Shown here: one piece after another, positions 58,545 to 64,000 of the stretch
How positions within the stretch are numbered: position 1 is the first letter of the stretch
How the letters are laid out: each line of letters opens with the position of its first letter
Assembly: GCA_016214565.1 (NCBI GenBank)
Contig: JACROE010000002.1
Coordinates: forward strand, 1,048,007-1,112,006
DNA: 64,000 bases
Source: Candidatus Kerfeldbacteria bacterium
GTDB taxonomy: Bacteria; Patescibacteriota; Patescibacteriia; UBA10025; JAHIVO01
Reading direction: 5' to 3'
Program-made: the position numbers and the translations under genes
Notes under the pieces: generated by a model
Told to the model about the DNA's origin: nothing
Databases searched by the model: none
Seen by the model: the letters and a program-made list of their open reading frames with translations, nothing else

Positions 58545-59691
58545 ATAGGGAGATATACCGCTTACCAATTTGGTCAAGATCAAATTGGGCCGATTCAATG
58601 TACGCTTGATTAATAATAGGCTTGATGTCTACCGCTTCCTCAATCACGTCTGCCAAGGTAACACTCAGAGCGACTGAGTCACGCGGTGATACCTTCAATA
58701 AATTATGACCTGCTTTCAGAAACAATGGTAATTCTTGTAAATCGGAGGTAATCACCAATGTTTTACTTGCCATGCTTTCGAGGATACACGATGGATTTGC
58801 CTCGGTTGCTAATAGGTGTGGGTACGGCAAGACAACCACATCAGCCATGCTCACATACTCTTCGATTGGGTCGGCGTGCTTCAGTACTGTAATAATACCA
58901 TGTGTTTGCGTCTCCGCAAGTAACCGGTCATAGGTTCTGAAATCACCCAACCCACTCCAAGCTAATAAAACACGAAATGATTTTTTCGTCCGCTTCATAA
59001 GCGCAGGAATTGCCCGAATCAAATATTCCACACCTTTAACTTCAAGAAAATGACCATAATAGAGTATGACAAACCGATCGGCGAATCCATGTAATTGTTT
59101 AAGTGATTTTTTATCCCGGGGCTTAAATTTTTTTGTGTTAATGTGTGAGGGAATAATTTGGATCCGCTTCGGAGCCACCCCTTTTCGCTCAAGATAATCC
59201 CGCTGAAACTCGGTCTGGACTGTTATTGCGTCAAAAAATCGAGCAACACGACGAGGGAAATATGCCCCTAATCGATATTGTGAAATTGACTTGAACGAAT
59301 GAATAAGCGAAATTCGCCGTCGTAATAACATTTTTGCCAAGACTGCCCGATACATAAGTAAAGGGGCTGCACTAAAGCTATGAAGTACGTCGAAACGAAT
59401 ATTTTGATGCCGCTCAGCCCAACGTACTCCCAGTGCATGCGCAATGACCAGATCAAAAAAATGCAATGGATTATACCCACTACCAATAGCAAATTTAAAA
59501 AACGAGTACGGACGAATAATCTGAATACCAGCCTGAGTCATTTCTGTGTGAGTTAATCCGCGTTCTCGATTTTGTATAATAATCACGGTGTGACCCTGAT
59601 CACGCAAATACTCGGCCAATGAAGTCAGCGTGATCACACTAGCTTCGAGTTGCCTTGGGTCAAATGCTGGAGTTAAAAAAGCAATGTTCAT
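58525..59691 (-). CDS. GT4 glycosyltransferase
   Basis: YYGH...KGVEYL, ADVVVLPY, PSCILESMAS. Confidence 0.88.
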   Translation of the reverse strand: MNIAFLTPAFDPRQLEASVITLTSLAEYLRDQGHTVIIIQNRERGLTHTEMTQAGIQIIRPYSFFKFAIGSGYNPLHFFDLVIAHALGVRWAERHQNIRFDVLHSFSAAPLLMYRAVLAKMLLRRRISLIHSFKSISQYRLGAYFPRRVARFFDAITVQTEFQRDYLERKGVAPKRIQIIPSHINTKKFKPRDKKSLKQLHGFADRFVILYYGHFLEVKGVEYLIRAIPALMKRTKKSFRVLLAWSGLGDFRTYDRLLAETQTHGIITVLKHADPIEEYVSMADVVVLPYPHLLATEANPSCILESMASKTLVITSDLQELPLFLKAGHNLLKVSPRDSVALSVTLADVIEEAVDIKPIINQAYIESAQFDLDQIGKRYISLYEQATE

Positions 59692-59719
59692 GAGGGTTTA
59701 ATAGAATAGATAATCTGGC

Positions 59720-60838
59720 TCATTGCACATATGTTTGTAAAAGCGCCCAGGTCGATGCTGCTGTACGTTCCCAGGATAATTGACGCTTGACTAACTGATA
59801 CCCCTGTTCTCCAAGTTTTGCGCGCTGTGAATCATGAAGCAGATTTGCCAACGCGCTAGAAAGACCTGGCGCGTCACCAGATGGTACTAATCGGCCGTTT
59901 TCCCCATCAATGAGATACTGGCCAACGTCACCTACATCTGTCGCTACTACCGGTAATCGAGCCGCCCAGGCCTCTAGGAGTGTTAAAGGATGGCCCTCTG
60001 ACAAAGATGGTAGCGCGAACATCCAGGATGACTGATACAGGGCAATTAAGGCCCTTCCAGTAATTTTGCCGAGGAAATCCACTCGCTGACTCATACCCAG
60101 TTCCTGCGCCAATTGCTTGAGCCGCGCTGCTTCGTAGCCATAGCCGACAATGCGCAACCGACTGTCCCTATCTCCAGAAGTAATTAGCGCCTGGTACGCG
60201 TGTAATAATATGTCAACACCCTTCACTGCGTCGAGACGACCAACAAAAAGGATACTTGGATAATCGGTTTTTTCTGCTATCACGCTATCAAATACCGTAA
60301 CGTCCACACCGTTTGGAATAACGGTAATATGTTTATTAACATTCGGCACATTGATGAATGATTGACTCACACTAATAATAGAAGTATAGCGTATCTTAGT
60401 TAAGATAAATCGCTCAATGAAATACTGAATCCCCTCTTTGGCTTTTTGGTTTGTCAATTGCGAGCCGTGGACCACCATAATGACCGGCCGTCGCTTGCAC
60501 CAGCCGACAATTTTTCCAACAATTCCTGGCGTTATGGATTGAGGTACATACACATCCGCGGCTGAATGAAATAATAAATATGCAGTGCTCGCACATAAAA
60601 ACCACGCGCGTACAAAAACATTGCTAAACGAACTCGATGGCCCCAGGGAAACCAGCCGCACTGACGGATCAAGATCATATGCTATTGGCTCACCGCTGAT
60701 ACGCCGAGTAATGATCTCAACGCTGCACCCATATAACCGTACCAGCCGATTGGCCATTTGACGAACATACTCCTGCCCCCCACCGATCAGCGGATACCAA
60801 GCATCGATGATAAATGTTATATGTCGGCTTTGTTTCAT
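59720..60838 (-). CDS. GT4 glycosyltransferase
   Basis: GGGQ, IPNGVD, VGRL...KG, PSLSEGHPLTLLEAWA, TDVG. Confidence 0.92.
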   Translation of the reverse strand: MKQSRHITFIIDAWYPLIGGGQEYVRQMANRLVRLYGCSVEIITRRISGEPIAYDLDPSVRLVSLGPSSSFSNVFVRAWFLCASTAYLLFHSAADVYVPQSITPGIVGKIVGWCKRRPVIMVVHGSQLTNQKAKEGIQYFIERFILTKIRYTSIISVSQSFINVPNVNKHITVIPNGVDVTVFDSVIAEKTDYPSILFVGRLDAVKGVDILLHAYQALITSGDRDSRLRIVGYGYEAARLKQLAQELGMSQRVDFLGKITGRALIALYQSSWMFALPSLSEGHPLTLLEAWAARLPVVATDVGDVGQYLIDGENGRLVPSGDAPGLSSALANLLHDSQRAKLGEQGYQLVKRQLSWERTAASTWALLQTYVQ

Positions 60839-61962
60839 ACAAGAGTTTGATAATATGAATCCACGGCAGCCGCCTGCTCATGCCACTGATATCGTGCTAA
60901 TAGTGTTGGTAATTCTTTTTGTTTCTGCTGATAGAATGTTTCATTATACAACAGTTGCTCTAATGCTTTTGCCAACACTTCAATGTCACCAACTGGATAC
61001 AAAATTCCACCAACCCCATCTCGAGTCACCTCGCGAATAGCTGGAATATCTGTAGCCACATATGGTCGACCGACAAGTGCTGCCTCAAGCGTCACGATGC
61101 CAAATCCCTCCACCGATGACGGATGGCACAATATGTTACACGACTGCAGCTGACGCAGTACATCTCCATGCTTGGGCAGAAAACCGTGGAATGTGACCAA
61201 AGAAGCAACGCCGAGGTCAACGGCTAATTTCTCCAGAGAATCCGCGGATGGACCTGAACCGATTATATGGCTGTGGACTTCTTTCCCGCGACTGTGTAAT
61301 AACGCCTGAGCATGCAATACGTCGGCCACCCGCTTATAGGGAACCAGCCGACTTACAACACAAAGGCTATGCGCTATTGGCTGGTTGGCGGTAACCGGAG
61401 CGTGCTCATGATCAATACCGTTATACACTACCTGAATACGACATTTAATACGATTCTTTATTTTATCAAAGGTATATTGTGAATTAGCAATGACCCCGTT
61501 CCAGCCAAGGCGTAAATAAATCCGCTCAACGATCTCGCCGATCAAACCAAGCCAGCCAAAAAGTTTGACCCATTGCCCTAACCACAAATCATGCAGAGTT
61601 ATTACTGCGCGTGCTTGATACCGCCGCGCCAAAAAATACCCTGGTATATATGCAACAATCGCCTGAGTATCAATGAGATCGGGTCGCTGGGGTAAACGTA
61701 CGCAGCATATCGACAGTGCAAAGAGAAATCGGCTCCACAAGCCTTGGTGGTGTGTATAATTTCGCGCTGGACCAACACGTAATACAGTAACATCTCCAAT
61801 TTGGCCATACCGCACAGCACCTGGCTCATGGCTCGCAATAACCGTAACCTGATTTTTACGCGCTAATTCCTTGGCAATATAAAAACAACGCGCTTCCACG
61901 CCCCCCCGCATTTCGCGCTCCTCTGTGTGCGGGAAATATTCACTAATGAGTACGATGTTCAT
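60835..61962 (-). CDS. GT4 glycosyltransferase
   Basis: GGVE, VYNGID, VSRLVPYKR, PSSVEGFGIVTLEA. Confidence 0.92.
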   Translation of the reverse strand: MNIVLISEYFPHTEEREMRGGVEARCFYIAKELARKNQVTVIASHEPGAVRYGQIGDVTVLRVGPARNYTHHQGLWSRFLFALSICCVRLPQRPDLIDTQAIVAYIPGYFLARRYQARAVITLHDLWLGQWVKLFGWLGLIGEIVERIYLRLGWNGVIANSQYTFDKIKNRIKCRIQVVYNGIDHEHAPVTANQPIAHSLCVVSRLVPYKRVADVLHAQALLHSRGKEVHSHIIGSGPSADSLEKLAVDLGVASLVTFHGFLPKHGDVLRQLQSCNILCHPSSVEGFGIVTLEAALVGRPYVATDIPAIREVTRDGVGGILYPVGDIEVLAKALEQLLYNETFYQQKQKELPTLLARYQWHEQAAAVDSYYQTLV

Positions 61963-62290
61963 CCTGCTTCTTCGCGGCTGCTAATGCTTTTTTTCTAACC
62001 AGCTGGGTAATTTCCCGCTCCATAAACTCAAGTTTGACGTACAAGCGAAACACTCCATAAAATAATGCAACAACTGACATGTATACGAGCGCGTCAGCTC
62101 CACGTCCGACACCAACTGACCGAGCTATAATTCCGCTCGCATGCGGCCACCATACAAAAAAGGCAACGGCGCCCCAAAGAAACAGCCAAATAAATAAGGC
62201 GAGATACGTGATTGAACCGCTGCGAAAACGCAAGTACGCCCGTGAGGCAGCAAATAAAACAAATAGTGTAATAAGTATCTTAATAATCAT
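61943..62290 (-). CDS. DUF2304 membrane protein
   Basis: W..LW, P...IA..VGVGRGAD, EREITQLVRKKAL; follows a GT2 as usual for this family. Confidence 0.85.
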   Translation of the reverse strand: MIIKILITLFVLFAASRAYLRFRSGSITYLALFIWLFLWGAVAFFVWWPHASGIIARSVGVGRGADALVYMSVVALFYGVFRLYVKLEFMEREITQLVRKKALAAAKKQDEHRTH

Positions 62291-62961
62291 CGCATGAGTC
62301 GGCCAATAATATATTTGAAAAGTACTTTACCGAACGCCATCGTGCTTTGTCCTTTTTCTGTCGAATACGCGCTGTAATGAATGGTAACAGGCACCTCCAC
62401 AAATCGAAGCTGATTTCGATTAATCTCATCCAAAATTTCCGAGGCGTGGGCCATACGGTCTTGATGAATTTTTATGCGATGTGCAGCGTCTCGAGTAAGC
62501 GCCCGCAACCCATTATGGGTATCGGTTACATTAAGCCCTGAGGCGAAACGCGTAAAAATGACAGCTGCGCGTAGCATTACTTTCCGCAATAACGGCATAT
62601 TTTCTGCAGTATTTTCTAAAAATCTCGAACCAAGCACAATATCAGCTCGACCATCCTGGATCGGCTGCAGCAGCCGATCGATATCGTCGGCATTGTGTTG
62701 GCCATCAGCATCAAATGTCACAATTGCTTCAGCGTCATGCTCAAGTGCATATACAATACCGGTTTTCAATGATGCTCCCTGGCCTCGATTAATTTCGTGT
62801 GTCAGAACAATTGCACCAGCCTGGGCTGCGGTCATTCCTGTACCATCATCTGAGCCGTCATCAATGACAACTACCTGGGGATATCGCTGTCGTACCTGCT
62901 CAACTACGGTAGCAATTCTTTGTCCCTCATTTAATGCTGGAATAATTACAAATGTGTTCAT
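62287..62961 (-). CDS. GT2 polyprenol-phosphate glycosyltransferase (DPM1-like)
   Basis: IPALNE, DDGSDD, NRGQG, FDADGQH, GSRF, TDTHNGLR, EVPV. Confidence 0.93.
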   Translation of the reverse strand: MNTFVIIPALNEGQRIATVVEQVRQRYPQVVVIDDGSDDGTGMTAAQAGAIVLTHEINRGQGASLKTGIVYALEHDAEAIVTFDADGQHNADDIDRLLQPIQDGRADIVLGSRFLENTAENMPLLRKVMLRAAVIFTRFASGLNVTDTHNGLRALTRDAAHRIKIHQDRMAHASEILDEINRNQLRFVEVPVTIHYSAYSTEKGQSTMAFGKVLFKYIIGRLMR

Positions 62962-64000
62962 CGTCCAATCCCTCGATAAATTAATCCGGCGGCGATTATT
63001 TTCTCTTTATCCAAACAATTTTTTCCATCAATTACTACTTTCACATTATTCTTTCTTAGCATTGCGGGCGAAATATTCAAAAACTCACGATGATTAGTGG
63101 CAACGACGATTGCTTCCACGCGTTTAAGTAAAGTAGCTAAATCAGGTGTAGTAGATTCTTTTGGGAAAAAGGGATCAAATACTTCTACGGTTGCACCTTC
63201 TGACTTTAATAGTTTGAGAATATCTAACGCTGGACTTTCGCGTAAGTCGTCAACATCAGCTTTGTAGGAAAGGCCCAATAATCCAATTTTAGTACCCTTG
63301 AGCGGTTTACGCACTTGATTAAGACCCTTCATCAGCAGTTCAACGGTATAAGCCGGCATGCTGTTATTAATGTCGCGAGCCAGCTTAAGAAAACGATGAT
63401 CAAATCCTGCCACCCGTGCCCGCTCAATCAAATAATATGGATCAACAGGAATGCAATGGCCACCAACACCACACGAGGGATAGTGCGCCATAAAAGCAAA
63501 AGGTTTTGTTTTCGAGCCCTCAATCACATCGACTAAATCAATGCCGAGCACCTCAAATGATTTAGCAAGCTCATTAACAAAAGCGATATTAATATCCCGG
63601 AATGAATTTTCAATAATTTTGGTCGCTTCTGCTGCCTTAATTGATTTCATCGGACGAACCTCTCCTTCTAAAATTGATCGATAAAACTTTACCGAGAGCT
63701 GTAGTCCTTTCGCTGACGTAGCGCCAACACACCGGGGAATGTTTCGCACTGTCCAATGCGGATCCCCCGGATTAATCCGTTCCGGGGAATGTGCTAAATA
63801 AAAATCTTTGCCACACACCAAACCCGACCCCTTTTCCAATATCGGTTGAATTATTTCCTCACAAACGCCCGGATTGACGGTTGATTCCATAATGACTAAT
63901 TGACCGCGCTTCAAAAAACGAGCAATACTCTTACTCGCGCTGCGAACCGGTTCCAGGTCGGGGTTGTGGCGCTCATCAATTGGCGTTGGCACGCAAATCA
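62958..64000 (-). CDS. UDP-N-acetylhexosamine 6-dehydrogenase (WbpA/WecC/TviB family), 5' end outside the window
   Basis: CVPTP, ESTVNPG, SPERINPG, KIIENSFRDINIAFVNE, GGHCIPVDP, DLRESP. Confidence 0.92.
   Translation of the reverse strand, partial: ICVPTPIDERHNPDLEPVRSASKSIARFLKRGQLVIMESTVNPGVCEEIIQPILEKGSGLVCGKDFYLAHSPERINPGDPHWTVRNIPRCVGATSAKGLQLSVKFYRSILEGEVRPMKSIKAAEATKIIENSFRDINIAFVNELAKSFEVLGIDLVDVIEGSKTKPFAFMAHYPSCGVGGHCIPVDPYYLIERARVAGFDHRFLKLARDINNSMPAYTVELLMKGLNQVRKPLKGTKIGLLGLSYKADVDDLRESPALDILKLLKSEGATVEVFDPFFPKESTTPDLATLLKRVEAIVVATNHREFLNISPAMLRKNNVKVVIDGKNCLDKEKIIAAGLIYRGIGR

Noticed and set aside
61901-61907. C7 run near the 5' end of a GT4 as a phase-variation tract
   Set aside because: Short, encodes the conserved Gly-Gly motif, frame intact; an equal run occurs in essential mraY (14551-14557).
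62474-63097. 207-aa plus-strand ORF, and similar antisense ORFs such as 36983..37486 and 48318..48713
   Set aside because: They lie opposite well-conserved genes, have Ser/Ala/Ile-rich shadow composition and show no motifs.
1-64000. tRNA, rRNA, CRISPR, IS/prophage, DGR, riboswitch or stop-codon reassignment
   Set aside because: Intergenic gaps are about 150 bp or less and are explained by promoters; I saw no repeat arrays, transposase, integrase or reverse transcriptase; TGA ends intact genes normally; ahcY has no leader for an SAH riboswitch.

Overview
Densely packed bacterial chromosome segment (genetic code 11, very short or overlapping intergenic regions, almost no Shine-Dalgarno sites). 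The gene set points to a Patescibacteria/CPR organism, plausibly of the ABY1 class (inference): DUF5654, PilBC-MNO without a secretin, PEGA and FG-GAP surface proteins, CPR-style MurD. Contents in order: a secreted FG-GAP protein (cut by the left edge); a Kef-type antiporter; an AAC(6')-like acetyltransferase coupled to secA; a partial dcw cluster (mraY, Nudix, alpha/beta-hydrolase::MurD fusion, ftsW, murG, murC, murB); a GT-C glycosyltransferase followed by a type IV pilus operon with adhesin-like minor pilins; rpmA; murA-ctpA-acyP-rplI-pyrG; a PEGA protein; an ahcY-Nudix-rmlB-HD-rmlD-rmlC-rmlA operon; and a >22 kb surface-glycan locus (WbpB/D/E/A-like diacetamido-uronic acid pathway, acetamidino trio, flippase, GT4/GT2/GT-C enzymes, methyltransferase, DUF2304, DUF1616-like) with several archaeal-looking parts. 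I saw no rRNA, tRNA, CRISPR array or mobile element. Best leads: the hydrolase-MurD fusion; a possible archaeal-style protein/pilin glycosylation system with a WWDYG-less STT3/AglB-like enzyme; a promoter spacer shared by the cell-wall and pilus operons; and a pilin with no leader peptide. All family calls come from motif recognition by eye; no searches were run.
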